Shown here one piece after another: positions 18,617 through 27,202 of a stretch of DNA of 64,000 bases. This stretch comes from Dehalococcoidia bacterium (lineage in GTDB: Bacteria; Chloroflexota; Dehalococcoidia; Lucifugimonadales; Australimonadaceae), in the NCBI GenBank assembly GCA_965208625.1, contig OZ242348.1:1629344-1693343 (forward strand), given 5' to 3'. Position 1 is the first letter of the stretch, and every line of letters starts with the position of its first letter. A program made the position numbers and the translations under genes. The notes beneath the pieces were generated by a model. It was given only the letters and a program-made list of their open reading frames with translations, made no database searches and was not told the DNA's origin.

Positions 18617-19445
18617 GTTCCTTCTCCTCCTTTCCTTCTTTACGGAGCCGCCCCAGGACGAACTCCAGCATCTCGGCGAAGCGGCCCGGAAGGTCTTCCT
18701 CCAGCCAGCCGGCCAACCGGCTCACCGCGTCCATGACGGCGCTGGCCTGCCGCCATTCCTCAGTGCCCTGTGCAATCAGGTCGTCGTCCCAGGGGTCGGC
18801 GAACCCGTCGTATTCCCCGTCCTCGTAGCTGGCGTCGAGGAAGAAGTTGCCGGTCTCGCCCCACACCCAGGAGCAGGCCTGGGCCGCCCCCTCGAAGCCG
18901 GTGTCCTTGAGCGCCCCCGTGAGGACGTCCAGCGGTATGCCGCCTCCGGGGATCCTGAGCAGGGTCTCCTGCGGGATAAGGGCGGCGGCCGATTCCAGCC
19001 ATGCCACCCGCAGCCCGTCGGGTTCCTCGTAGGAGGAATCGGGGGGCTTGACCAGCAGCACCATGGCCGAGAGCCCGTCGCGGTAGCGGTCCCACACGTC
19101 GTGCAGGTCGTCGTAGCCGAAGCCGAACAGTTCGAAGGGGATTCCCCTGCGGAGCCACGTCCACGGGGGCTCGTCCCCATCGTCGAGGTAGAAGTCGAAG
19201 AATGGGGCGTAGAGGGGGAAGTGCCGCTCCTGGAAGAGCCGGCCGAAGCGCTCCACCCTCGTGCGTACGTCGGGAGCCGCGAGCACCTCCTCGCCCTCAT
19301 CGGGGAAGAGGCGGTGCACCAGCCCCGCGAACCAGGCGTAGTCCTCTGCATAGCCGACCAGCGTCACCAGCTCCCGCAGCGACGGCGGACGCCGCAGGAG
19401 CAGTTTCGCCAGCCCGCTCAGCCTCGGCGGGGCCGCAGCTTCCAT
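18606..19445 (-). CDS. Acidic hypothetical protein of the PRTRC-like operon (possibly protein F-like)
   Basis: 279 aa, overlaps the downstream gene by 11 nt. Asp/Glu/Trp-rich. No motif assigned. Confidence 0.5.
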   Translation of the reverse strand: MEAAAPPRLSGLAKLLLRRPPSLRELVTLVGYAEDYAWFAGLVHRLFPDEGEEVLAAPDVRTRVERFGRLFQERHFPLYAPFFDFYLDDGDEPPWTWLRRGIPFELFGFGYDDLHDVWDRYRDGLSAMVLLVKPPDSSYEEPDGLRVAWLESAAALIPQETLLRIPGGGIPLDVLTGALKDTGFEGAAQACSWVWGETGNFFLDASYEDGEYDGFADPWDDDLIAQGTEEWRQASAVMDAVSRLAGWLEEDLPGRFAEMLEFVLGRLRKEGKEEKEHEC

Positions 19446-19648
19446 CGCAGCGCCGCCGCTAGGCGGCCCGTGGCCGACGCGTAGTCCTGGGCCTGCGCGC
19501 AGGCAAGCTCCACCTCACTCTGCCTGGCGGCCGCGGCGTCCAGGTCGAAGGAGCCGTCGAGCCGTGTGAGCTCCGCCGTGAGCTCGAGGATGCTGAGGCC
19601 TGCCGGCGGCGTCGCCGCCAGCAGACCCGCAAGTGTCCGGTTGTCCAT
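19418..19648 (-). CDS. Small hypothetical protein of the PRTRC-like operon
   Basis: 76 aa from the internal Met 'MDNRTLAGLLAATPPAGLSILELTAELTRLDG'. Overlaps the next gene by 28 nt. The upstream part of the ORF is Arg/Gly-rich shadow. Confidence 0.4.
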   Translation of the reverse strand: MDNRTLAGLLAATPPAGLSILELTAELTRLDGSFDLDAAAARQSEVELACAQAQDYASATGRLAAALRWKLRPRRG

Positions 19649-19659
19649 CGGGTGCCTCC

Positions 19660-19866
19660 CTAGCTCCGGGCGTCGGGGCAGGCGCCCTTGGTGCCCACCC
19701 GCCGCTGGAACTCGTAGATCGTGTCCTCGCCCCGCTTGGTCTCCTTCACCGAGGCGTTGGCGATCTCCCCGTAGAAGTCGGCGAGGGTGGCCTTGACCTG
19801 CTCGACGCTCATCTCGGGGTCCGGGTCGGGGAACTCGCGGTCGTCGTATACGAATACTCTTGCCAT
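19660..19866 (-). CDS. Ubiquitin-like beta-grasp protein (PRTRC protein C-like)
   Basis: 68 aa. 'RVFVYDDREFPDPDPEMSVEQVKATLADFYGEIANASVKETKRGEDTIYEFQRRVGTKG' matches my recollection of the PRTRC_C family, which ends GTKG. Here 7 extra residues (ACPDARS) follow. Confidence 0.65.
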   Translation of the reverse strand: MARVFVYDDREFPDPDPEMSVEQVKATLADFYGEIANASVKETKRGEDTIYEFQRRVGTKGACPDARS

Positions 19867-19914
19867 GGTTCATCTCCTTCTGATGGTTGCTGTCTCGCTG
19901 GCGTGCTGCGTTTG

Positions 19915-19951
19915 CGGGGAGGCCGCCGCTCCACTTGCGGCGGCCCTCCCG
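19915..19951 (-). terminator. GC-rich stem-loop directly after the SNF2 stop
   Basis: CGGGGAGGCCGCCGC-TCCACTT-GCGGCGGCCCTCCCG (two central mismatches), 4 nt from the TGA at 19956-19958. Confidence 0.35.
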
Positions 19952-19955
19952 TGCT

Positions 19956-22271
19956 TCATGCGGCCCGGCGACCCGCGCCGGCCGGCTCTGCCTCTCTCTC
20001 CTGCTCCATGCTGAGCGCCCACTCGAAGAGGGACGTGGAAGCGGGCCTGGGCTTCCGGCTGCGCCTGACGCCCTGCTCTCCCGCGAGGAACTCCGTCCAG
20101 GAGAACAGCGACTGCTGCTGCTCTCCGGCCTCGTCGCAGCCGTTGGCCATGACCAAGTCCACCGTCGGCACGATGCCGATGGGGTCGTCGTGGCCGTTCA
20201 CTTCGACCGCGACCGGTTCCGGCTCGGCCTGCACGAGGTCCCAGCCGTCGTCGACGAGATACTCTTCGGCGGTAGCCTCGGCGTCCCTGGCCTGGGCGAA
20301 CACCGACTCCACCGTCTCGGCCTCATCCTCGTCGCCGTTGACGATCTTGCGGGCCAACGCGAGCATGAGGTCGTCCCCGTCGTCGCCGTAGGCAGCCAGG
20401 CCGTCCTCCGGCAACTCGCCTTCCACCGCCAGCGAGCTCTGCAGCTTCTTCGCCACCAGCTTCAGGGCATCGGCCTGCAGGCTGTTCCTGTAGGCCATGA
20501 ACACGACCCGCACCGGACGGGTCTGGCCGATGCGCCACGAGCGGCGGGACGCCTGCCGCATCGTGTAGACGCTGTAGTCCGTCTCGTACCAGCAGATGGT
20601 CGGGAAGTCGATCAGGTCGAGTCCCGTCTGCACCAGCCTGGGATGGCAGATCAGCACGTCGAGTCCCTTCTCCACCTGCTCTGCGACCCACGCCTCGCGC
20701 CGGTCGGGCGCGACCGCGTCGGCCTTCATCACCGCCACCCTGAACCCGTGCCGTGTCAGGGTGTTCTCCATCCGCTCGGTGATGTCGCGCGTGCCGGTGT
20801 GCGTGGCGTACACCAGCACCCTGCGTCCTTCAAGGCGCTCGGCCGCCACGAGGTCGACGAGCGCCTGCTCCTTGGGGTAGACCCGCTCCTCGGAGAGCGG
20901 AGCGACCCCCACGATGGGCACCCCCGTCGTCGGGTCGAAGACGGTCTCACCCCGCGTGCAGCCGTCCGGGTAGGCGAGCAGCGTCTGCAGGTACGTGCCG
21001 AGCAGCCGCTTGGAGCCGGTGGCCAGCGCCTCTCCCAACGCCTTCTTCAAGGCCCCGTAGACCGTGTCGTAGGCCGAGCGCTGGGAGAGCCCGGTGTGGT
21101 CGGGCTCGGAGTCCATGGTCGATAGCAGCACGCGCTCCTCGTACGGGGGAAGCCCGGACGCCACGTCCGAGAGCCGCAGGAAGATGGAGTTCCCGATCAG
21201 GTGGAAGAGCGCCGAGGGAGCGAGACCCGGACGCTCGCGCACCACCCTGCGGTAGCGGCGTCTGCGGCTGTTGCGCCCGTCCTCGACCGAGGGATCGTCG
21301 CCATCCTTGTAGACCGTCTCCTCGGTGAAGCCGTAGCGGCTGATCCAGCGCCCCTCCTCCGAGTGTCCGAACTCGGTGCGAATCTCCGGGGAGAACCGGT
21401 AGAGGAGGTGGAAAAGGGTGCTGGCGTACCCGCCCATCAGCGTGCCGGAGAGCGTGAGCGACCGACCGCACGCCTCCGCGAGCACGCCCGCGGCGATGCC
21501 CTGCGCCGAGCCGCGCGCCTTGAACTCATGCACCTCGTCGCCGATGAAGAGGTCGAAGAATCCCTTCATCCGGTGCTTGACGTAGTCGGCGAGCGGGTAG
21601 CGGCGGGGGCCGGTGTTGTCCGCCTGCCAGAGCGGGGAGCGGCAGACGTCGCAGATGCGCCGCTTCCGGGAGAGGTCTCCCAGGGAGAGCGGCACGCCCT
21701 CCCTGTCGAGGACCTGCTCCGCGCAGGCGGGACAGCAAGGGACTCGGAAGGGGTCACCCGTCTCCTCGTCCCGGATCAGCCTTCCGTTCGCTACGGCCCA
21801 CCGCTCATTGACGGCGGGCTGCCAGCGGTACGAGAGCTTCGCTCGCTCGCGCGACATGACCGCGAAGAGCGGGGACGAGCCCGGGAATAGGCGGAGGCGT
21901 TCGAGGTCGGTGATGGAGGAAACGATGGCGGCCTTCGCGCCGGGAATCGTCTCCTCCACCTCGCGCTTCCACTTGCGCACGAGGTGCGGCGGGCAGAGGA
22001 CCAATACTCTCCTGAAGCCCGCCGCGTGGGCAGCGCTCGTTGCGATGAACGTCTTTCCGGTGCCCATCTCGCCGACGACGGTCGTGCCCTGGTGGGCACC
22101 GAGCGAGAGAGCCGCGCCGCGTATGGCGTCGGCCTGCGCGCCGAGCGGGTTGCGCAGGAGCGGGGGTAGTTGGACGGCCTGATCGGACGGCCGGTAGAGG
22201 GGCGGGTACGACTCCACCACCCGCTGGGCGATGGAGTCCTTGAACGTGTCGATGAAGGTCCCGAGGTTCAT
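19956..22271 (-). CDS. SNF2-family helicase with inserted Zn-ribbon
   Basis: Motif I 'GEMGTGKT', motif II 'IGDEVHEFK', motif VI 'QASRRSWRIGQTRPV', insert 'CCPACAEQ...CDVCRSPLW'. Start at 'MNLGTFIDTF' with upstream GGAG. Confidence 0.85.
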   Translation of the reverse strand: MNLGTFIDTFKDSIAQRVVESYPPLYRPSDQAVQLPPLLRNPLGAQADAIRGAALSLGAHQGTTVVGEMGTGKTFIATSAAHAAGFRRVLVLCPPHLVRKWKREVEETIPGAKAAIVSSITDLERLRLFPGSSPLFAVMSRERAKLSYRWQPAVNERWAVANGRLIRDEETGDPFRVPCCPACAEQVLDREGVPLSLGDLSRKRRICDVCRSPLWQADNTGPRRYPLADYVKHRMKGFFDLFIGDEVHEFKARGSAQGIAAGVLAEACGRSLTLSGTLMGGYASTLFHLLYRFSPEIRTEFGHSEEGRWISRYGFTEETVYKDGDDPSVEDGRNSRRRRYRRVVRERPGLAPSALFHLIGNSIFLRLSDVASGLPPYEERVLLSTMDSEPDHTGLSQRSAYDTVYGALKKALGEALATGSKRLLGTYLQTLLAYPDGCTRGETVFDPTTGVPIVGVAPLSEERVYPKEQALVDLVAAERLEGRRVLVYATHTGTRDITERMENTLTRHGFRVAVMKADAVAPDRREAWVAEQVEKGLDVLICHPRLVQTGLDLIDFPTICWYETDYSVYTMRQASRRSWRIGQTRPVRVVFMAYRNSLQADALKLVAKKLQSSLAVEGELPEDGLAAYGDDGDDLMLALARKIVNGDEDEAETVESVFAQARDAEATAEEYLVDDGWDLVQAEPEPVAVEVNGHDDPIGIVPTVDLVMANGCDEAGEQQQSLFSWTEFLAGEQGVRRSRKPRPASTSLFEWALSMEQEREAEPAGAGRRAA

Positions 22272-22324
22272 GGGGTCGTGCTCCTTTCCTGTATGAGAGG
22301 TGTCGTGGGACGCGGGGACTGAGG

Positions 22325-22360
22325 ACGGGGCCACCGCCCATGTGGGAGATTCGGCCCCGT
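22325..22360 (-). terminator. Stem-loop ACGGGGCC-N20-GGCCCCGT
   Basis: Lies in the intergenic gap between 22409 (stop) and 22271 (start). Shares GGCCCCGTG with the loops at 23863 and 26258. Confidence 0.3.
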
Positions 22361-22408
22361 GGCGCTCCTCGTGCGGAGGGAGGCTTCGAGCCTGCCGACG
22401 TCCGGCTG

Positions 22409-22786
22409 CTAAGCGCCGACCTCCCGGCGGGCGCCCTCGAGGACGTTCCTTGCCTCGCTGACGAGGTTGCGGGCGTGGTAGAGGCGGTGGATGTACCGGT
22501 CCAGCCGCCGGGTCCGCGCTCGTGATTGGGCTGGGGTCAGCGTCGCCGGCTTGGCGAGCGCCTCACTTGCCTCCTTGATGAGCGTCTCGATGTAGCTCTC
22601 TGCGGGCATCTCCGGTGTCCGGCGTATCTGGACGACCATCGGTTCCGTGTCGTCGCACTCCGGGCAGAGTCCCGAGCCGACGGCGATGGTGCCGTACTCG
22701 TTCACATGGGCGGTCGTTGGCTGCCGGTGTTCGCAGACCAGGCAGACGAGGTCTGCGTCAATGCTCTCTTCGGGTTCGAAGGTCAT
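22409..22786 (-). CDS. Small Zn-ribbon protein with helical C-terminus (hypothetical)
   Basis: 125 aa from 'MTFEPEESIDADLVCLVCEH...GLCPECDD'. CxxC...CxxC. Confidence 0.55.
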   Translation of the reverse strand: MTFEPEESIDADLVCLVCEHRQPTTAHVNEYGTIAVGSGLCPECDDTEPMVVQIRRTPEMPAESYIETLIKEASEALAKPATLTPAQSRARTRRLDRYIHRLYHARNLVSEARNVLEGARREVGA

Positions 22787-22851
22787 GGGTCCGTCCTCCT
22801 TGGTGGTGCATCCGGGGTCGTCTGGTGCGAGAGTCCTCAGGCTGGCGTTGG

Positions 22852-23187
22852 CTAGGCCTCCTCCAGGTCCTCCATCCGCTGCAGGGTCATGACGATCTCC
22901 TGCAGGTTGCCGCGCAGGCGAGCGAGCTTCGTGGGGTCCGGCGGCATCCGCTTCATCTGGCTCTCCAGGCTGATGCGCTCGCCGATGAGCCAGGCGCGCA
23001 GCGCCTTCCATCGCTCCTCGTCCGGCTGGTTGAAGCTCATGTCCATGGCCACGGCCTCGTCGCATTCCGGGCAGTGCCGCCCGTAGATGTATGTGCCGGT
23101 GCCGTCGCGCCGGACGTACAGGGTCGTCTCGACCTCGTACCCGCACTGCGGGCATTCCGCGGTTGCGGGATATTCGTTGAGTGTCAT
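22852..23187 (-). CDS. Small Zn-ribbon protein with helical C-terminus (hypothetical)
   Basis: 111 aa from 'MTLNEYPATAECPQCGYE...RHCPECDE'. Same architecture as 22409-22786. Confidence 0.55.
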   Translation of the reverse strand: MTLNEYPATAECPQCGYEVETTLYVRRDGTGTYIYGRHCPECDEAVAMDMSFNQPDEERWKALRAWLIGERISLESQMKRMPPDPTKLARLRGNLQEIVMTLQRMEDLEEA

Positions 23188-23189
23188 GG

Positions 23190-23477
23190 TCACGATGCGC
23201 TCCTCTCTTCCTTCGGCTCGCCGCACCGGACGCAGTGGCGGACATCCACGCCCGCGACTTGGTGGGCATGGCCGTCCCTGCAGGCCAGTGGCTGCACTGC
23301 CGCCACCTGGCCGCCGATGCCGCTCCATGCGCTGCGGTCGCCCGCCTCGTATGAGTAGAAGCCGCAGCCCCGCGCGCAGCGCAGGTCGACGCCGGTCAGT
23401 TCGTCGTCCTCGACGACCTCCTCCAGCGTGAATTCCCTCCCGCCGCAGGCGGGACAGGTGATGCTCTTCAGTACCAT
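23190..23477 (-). CDS. Small multi-Cys Zn-ribbon protein (hypothetical)
   Basis: 95 aa. 'CPACGG...CARGCG...CRDGH...CVRCGE'. Ends 2 nt before the start of the next gene. Confidence 0.5.
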   Translation of the reverse strand: MVLKSITCPACGGREFTLEEVVEDDELTGVDLRCARGCGFYSYEAGDRSAWSGIGGQVAAVQPLACRDGHAHQVAGVDVRHCVRCGEPKEERSAS

Positions 23478-23534
23478 CGGTCTCCTCCTTTGTAGTGTTT
23501 AGATCCCTCCGTGGAGGGCTCCGTCTGGTGATCG

Positions 23535-23813
23535 CTACGCCGCCGCGGGGAGCGGTTCCATGAGGGACAGAGAACCGTCGGTCCCTGCTTCCTGTGGATG
23601 GGAAGATCGGGCTGCTTGGGCTGCCCTCTCCTCCAGCTTCGCGGCCCGGTAGCAGCCGCTCTCCGTGTGGTACGAGCGCACCGGCGAGGCGGCGATCCGC
23701 CCGTCGACGACGTCGACCGAACTGGTCTGCGCGTACGGCTGGCCGGGGAGGATCGGCTCTTCGCACCAGTCGCAGGTCAGGGGAAAGAGCGTGAGTGTGG
23801 GGTTGGCTTTCAT
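23535..23813 (-). CDS. Small Cys-containing protein (hypothetical)
   Basis: 92 aa. 'LTCDWCEEPI...YHTESGCY'. Confidence 0.45.
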   Translation of the reverse strand: MKANPTLTLFPLTCDWCEEPILPGQPYAQTSSVDVVDGRIAASPVRSYHTESGCYRAAKLEERAAQAARSSHPQEAGTDGSLSLMEPLPAAA

Positions 23814-23862
23814 GGTTCCTCTCCTCTCCTGTATCGGAGTGATGTGGGTCGTGGGCAGCAGG

Positions 23863-23896
23863 CGGGGCCTGCCTCCGGTGAGGAGGACAGGCCCCG
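23863..23896 (-). terminator. Stem-loop CGGGGCCTG-CCTCC-GGTGA-GGAGG-A-CAGGCCCCG
   Basis: Sits 26 nt after the MTase stop (23922). Followed on the plus strand by TGATGCG, as at 26290. Confidence 0.35.
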
Positions 23897-23921
23897 TGAT
23901 GCGTTTCCGGTGGGGAACCGG

Positions 23922-24965
23922 CTATGCGGCGATGTCGGTGATCCCGCCGTCGTCGAGGCCGAGGGCGACCACGGTGGTCCGCAGCCGCTCCCGCCACGTC
24001 TCGGTCTCCGGCGTCTCCTCGACCAGGACCATCTCCTTGGTGGTACGGCCCTTGACGAGGATGCGCCGTCCCTCGGCCTCCAGGCAGAGGTTGTCGAGGA
24101 AGCCCGCGGCCACCAGCATCGCCATGTGCCCGCGGCGCAGCGGCATCAGCGGGCGAGTGCGGGCGTCCCCCCTCGGCCAGAGGGAGTCGTTGATCTCGGC
24201 GCTGACCCAGAGGCCGGAGCGCCGCGCCTCCGACGCCGCCGCGATGGGGTCGACGGTGCGCGTCGAGAAGAGCACGTCGCCCGAGGGCAACGGCGGGATG
24301 CTGAACTCCCTGTAGGGAGAGGCCGGCAGTTCATCCAGCGCTCCGGCCGCCCACTCCCGCACCCGCATCTCCGCGTGCACGTCGGTGTGCGGCTCCGTCC
24401 TGCGGTGCCCGATGAGCACCACCTGGTCGAACGCCTCCCGCTCAGGGCTGGGGAATGCCCAGCACCGGAGCCGCTGGTAGTGGGAGGATAGGTACTTCGC
24501 CGAGACCTCCAGCCGCTGGCGGGGCACGACGAAGACGAGCACGCCGTTGTCAGCGAGGTAGCGGGTGGCGTGCATCAGGAAGGCGTGCTCCACCCGCTTG
24601 CCGCCTCCGGAGTCCCAATCGTAGGGGGGATTGAGATAGAGCAGGCCGAACGCGCGGTTGGCGATGGAAGTCTGGAAGAGGTCGGAGGCGAGCGCCCGGT
24701 GCAGGCGCTCCCCGGCCTCGGCGGCGCGGTCTCGATGGAGCTCCACGCCGTATGCCTCGATGGGCATGGTATCGGGCTGGGCGATGCGCTCTGCCAGTTG
24801 TGCGGCGGCCTCGCCCGCGCCGCAGCAGGGGTCGAGGATGCGCAGCGTCTCCCGCCCCCGCCTGGGGCCGTAGGAGACGGGGGCGTAGATCAGTCCGGCG
24901 ATCAGGTCGATGACGCGGGGCGGCGTCGGGTAGAACCCGCCCTTCGCCTGTCCTGCAAGTCTCAT
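23922..24965 (-). CDS. Orphan N6-adenine-type DNA methyltransferase
   Basis: Start 'MRLAGQAKGGFYPTPP'. Motif I 'ILDPCCGAGE', motif IV 'LNPPYD'. No adjacent restriction endonuclease. Confidence 0.75.
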   Translation of the reverse strand: MRLAGQAKGGFYPTPPRVIDLIAGLIYAPVSYGPRRGRETLRILDPCCGAGEAAAQLAERIAQPDTMPIEAYGVELHRDRAAEAGERLHRALASDLFQTSIANRAFGLLYLNPPYDWDSGGGKRVEHAFLMHATRYLADNGVLVFVVPRQRLEVSAKYLSSHYQRLRCWAFPSPEREAFDQVVLIGHRRTEPHTDVHAEMRVREWAAGALDELPASPYREFSIPPLPSGDVLFSTRTVDPIAAASEARRSGLWVSAEINDSLWPRGDARTRPLMPLRRGHMAMLVAAGFLDNLCLEAEGRRILVKGRTTKEMVLVEETPETETWRERLRTTVVALGLDDGGITDIAA

Positions 24966-25654
24966 GCTGCTGCTCCTAGTGCGTAGTTGTGGGTGCGTGG
25001 GTCTGCGATGTCCTTGTTGGGAGAGTCCCCCTCCGGCAGGACGAGGACGCCCTCGGTCACCGCGCGGGAGAGGTCCTCCCGCAGCGATTCGGCATCTGGC
25101 CTGCAGACGTGGGCAGTGATGCCCGCAGACTGCAGCGGGGCAATCTCCCCGCTCGCCAGCCCCCGCCGCCAGAGCCAATCGGCCCAGGTGTGGTGCAGCG
25201 GCAGCGGGCTGCGGCGGTCGAGGAAGCGGTGGTGGAGCGCAGGCACGTCGTCGCCCTCATGGGCCAATAGGAGGAAGCAATCGTGCCCTGAGGCGAACTC
25301 GGCCCACTTCGTGTAGACGAGCGCGTGCCAGCCGCCACTCGCGGGCAGGCGGGCAATCTTCGTCGTCCAGCTGCCTATGGTCTCGCCTGGGATGACGCAC
25401 CTCTGGTATCCCCCGCTGAGCGCCATCCCGTCCGCGCCCCTGATGATGTGCGCGGGGTCGGGCGGCTGCTTCAGCATGGAGGCCCAGATTGCCTTCAGCG
25501 ATGTCTGGGCGCCGACCATGGAGAGGAACCAGAGGCCGTGGCTCTCCGGGTCCCTGGCGAAGGCGTCGGCGGTGGCGGAGAAGCCCCCAGCGGTGATCGT
25601 GTACAGATCCGGTTCCAAGGTGGCGCCGGACACGGCTGGATGTGTGTTCTGCAT
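24962..25654 (-). CDS. Hypothetical protein, translationally coupled to the MTase
   Basis: 230-aa ORF whose stop overlaps the MTase ATG (ATGA). No motif recognised. Confidence 0.5.
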   Translation of the reverse strand: MQNTHPAVSGATLEPDLYTITAGGFSATADAFARDPESHGLWFLSMVGAQTSLKAIWASMLKQPPDPAHIIRGADGMALSGGYQRCVIPGETIGSWTTKIARLPASGGWHALVYTKWAEFASGHDCFLLLAHEGDDVPALHHRFLDRRSPLPLHHTWADWLWRRGLASGEIAPLQSAGITAHVCRPDAESLREDLSRAVTEGVLVLPEGDSPNKDIADPRTHNYALGAAA

Positions 25655-25697
25655 GGTGGATGTCCTTTCGGGTGGGGATATTCGTGTCCGGGGTGGG

Positions 25698-26219
25698 TCA
25701 GAGCTCGCAGGGGATGATGCCCCTGTCCTTGAAGCTGACGAACCCCTCTACGCCGATGACGATGTGGTCGAGGAGGTCGAGATCGAGCAGTCGCGCGCCC
25801 CGGTAGACCTCCCTGGTCAGGGCGACGTCCGCCGCGCTGGGTTCGGGATCGCCGGACGGGTGGTTGTGGACCATGATGAGGTGGGGAACGGCCTCGGCGA
25901 CGGCGGGGCGCAGCACCTCTGCGATCCGCACCATCACCTGGCTGATATTGCCCTGGTAGATGACGCGCTGGCCGACGAGCCGGTTCTTGGCGTCGAGCAG
26001 GAGCACCCTCAACTGCTCCTGTGCGAGCGCGGCCATCTCCCGTCCCAGCAGTCTCGGGACGTCGTCGGAGGTGGAGAGGACGGGCGGAGACGCGGGCCGT
26101 TCGGACTTTGTCGCGACGCCGTAGCGGACGGTGAGTTCGCCGAGGAGGAGCATGTTGGAGCGCAGGGCGTCCAGCAGCGCCTCTCCGGGCGGAATGAGCA
26201 TCGGGTTGGCGGTGGTCAT
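25698..26219 (-). CDS. radC: RadC-like JAB-domain protein
   Basis: 'LLDAKNRLVGQRVIYQGNISQVMVRIAEVLRPAV...LIMVHNHPSGDPEPSAADVALT' is the RadC signature. Confidence 0.85.
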   Translation of the reverse strand: MTTANPMLIPPGEALLDALRSNMLLLGELTVRYGVATKSERPASPPVLSTSDDVPRLLGREMAALAQEQLRVLLLDAKNRLVGQRVIYQGNISQVMVRIAEVLRPAVAEAVPHLIMVHNHPSGDPEPSAADVALTREVYRGARLLDLDLLDHIVIGVEGFVSFKDRGIIPCEL

Positions 26220-26257
26220 GGGGACTCCTTCGAGTGAGGATGGGTGAAAGAAGGGGA

Positions 26258-26289
26258 ACGGGGCCGCCCCGGAATCGGAGCGGCCCCGT
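26258..26289 (-). terminator. Stem-loop ACGGGGCCGC-N12-GCGGCCCCGT
   Basis: Lies between the SSB stop (26332) and the RadC start (26219). Followed by GATGCG on the plus strand. Confidence 0.35.
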
Positions 26290-26331
26290 GATGCGCCCGC
26301 GCATGCTGACGTCGGTGTGTGCCGTGAAGGG

Positions 26332-26742
26332 CTAGAAGGGGTCGGCCCCGGCGGCGACCGGTTGGGGTTCGACGGCCTCTGCCACGGCGTGGCCGTTCTC
26401 GTCCGCCGTGCGCTCACCGTTGCGCGAGTCGAGGAAGACGACCTCCGAGGCGTGCACCTCGGTGCGGTGGCGCCGCTGGCCGTCCTCGGTCTCGTAGCTG
26501 TTCTGCGCCAGCGAGCCGCTCACGTAGATGCGGTCGCCCTTGTTGACATACGTGTCGACCGCCTCGGCCTGCTTCGCGAAGCAGACGACGTTGTGCCAGT
26601 CCGTCTCCGTCTCGCCGCTCTGGCGGCGGCGGTCCGTCGCCATGCGGAACGTGGTGACGGCGGTGCCGCTGGGGGCGTAGCGCATCTCCGGTTCCGTGCC
26701 GACGCGTCCGAGCAGTTCTACCCTGTTGATGGTCCTTGCCAT
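26332..26742 (-). CDS. ssb: Single-stranded DNA-binding protein
   Basis: 'MARTINRVELLGRVGTEPEMRYAPSGTAVTTFRMAT...WHNVVCFAKQAE' OB fold. C-terminal tip '...ADPF'. Confidence 0.85.
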   Translation of the reverse strand: MARTINRVELLGRVGTEPEMRYAPSGTAVTTFRMATDRRRQSGETETDWHNVVCFAKQAEAVDTYVNKGDRIYVSGSLAQNSYETEDGQRRHRTEVHASEVVFLDSRNGERTADENGHAVAEAVEPQPVAAGADPF

Positions 26743-26883
26743 GATGTGCCTCCTTGCACTGGTGACGTGACGCGGCCCTGCCGCGCCCGGTGTGATGAGC
26801 CGCGGGGCCACATCTCCCATTGGGGAGCCGGTCCCGTACGCGCTCCCGGCGGGAGCGGCGAAGTCATGCGGAGCCGTGCTCCG

Positions 26884-27114
26884 TCAGGCCGCGCACCCGC
26901 AGTGCGGGCAGTCGGCGTGCAGCCGCCGGAAGAGGCCATGCGCCCGCTCGACGGCATGGCGTCCGGCGGGACTCTCCTCCGGCGCGGGGAAGAGGCGTGC
27001 GACCTCCTCGATCTCCTCCTGGAGTTCCGGCTCGCCGGCCGCCTCCATGAAGAACCAGAGGTCGGCGAGACCCTCTTCCACCCGGTCCATGAGCATCGGG
27101 GCTGTTGCGGTCAT
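26884..27114 (-). CDS. Small acidic protein with C-terminal CPHCGC motif (hypothetical)
   Basis: 76 aa from 'MTATAPMLMDRVEEGLADLWFF...'. Confidence 0.4.
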   Translation of the reverse strand: MTATAPMLMDRVEEGLADLWFFMEAAGEPELQEEIEEVARLFPAPEESPAGRHAVERAHGLFRRLHADCPHCGCAA

Positions 27115-27145
27115 TGGCTCTCTCCTTTCTTCGGAAACAGCAACA

Positions 27146-27177
27146 GGGGGGTCGCCTCTTCGGAAGCGGCCCCCCCC
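27146..27177 (-). terminator. Stem-loop GGGGGGTCGC...TTCG...GCGGCCCCCC
   Basis: Lies between the Rad52-like stop (27203) and the next start (27114). G6/C8 arms with a UUCG/CGAA loop. Confidence 0.35.
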
Positions 27178-27202
27178 CTTTTGTCCGGTTGCAGGCCGCC
27201 GT

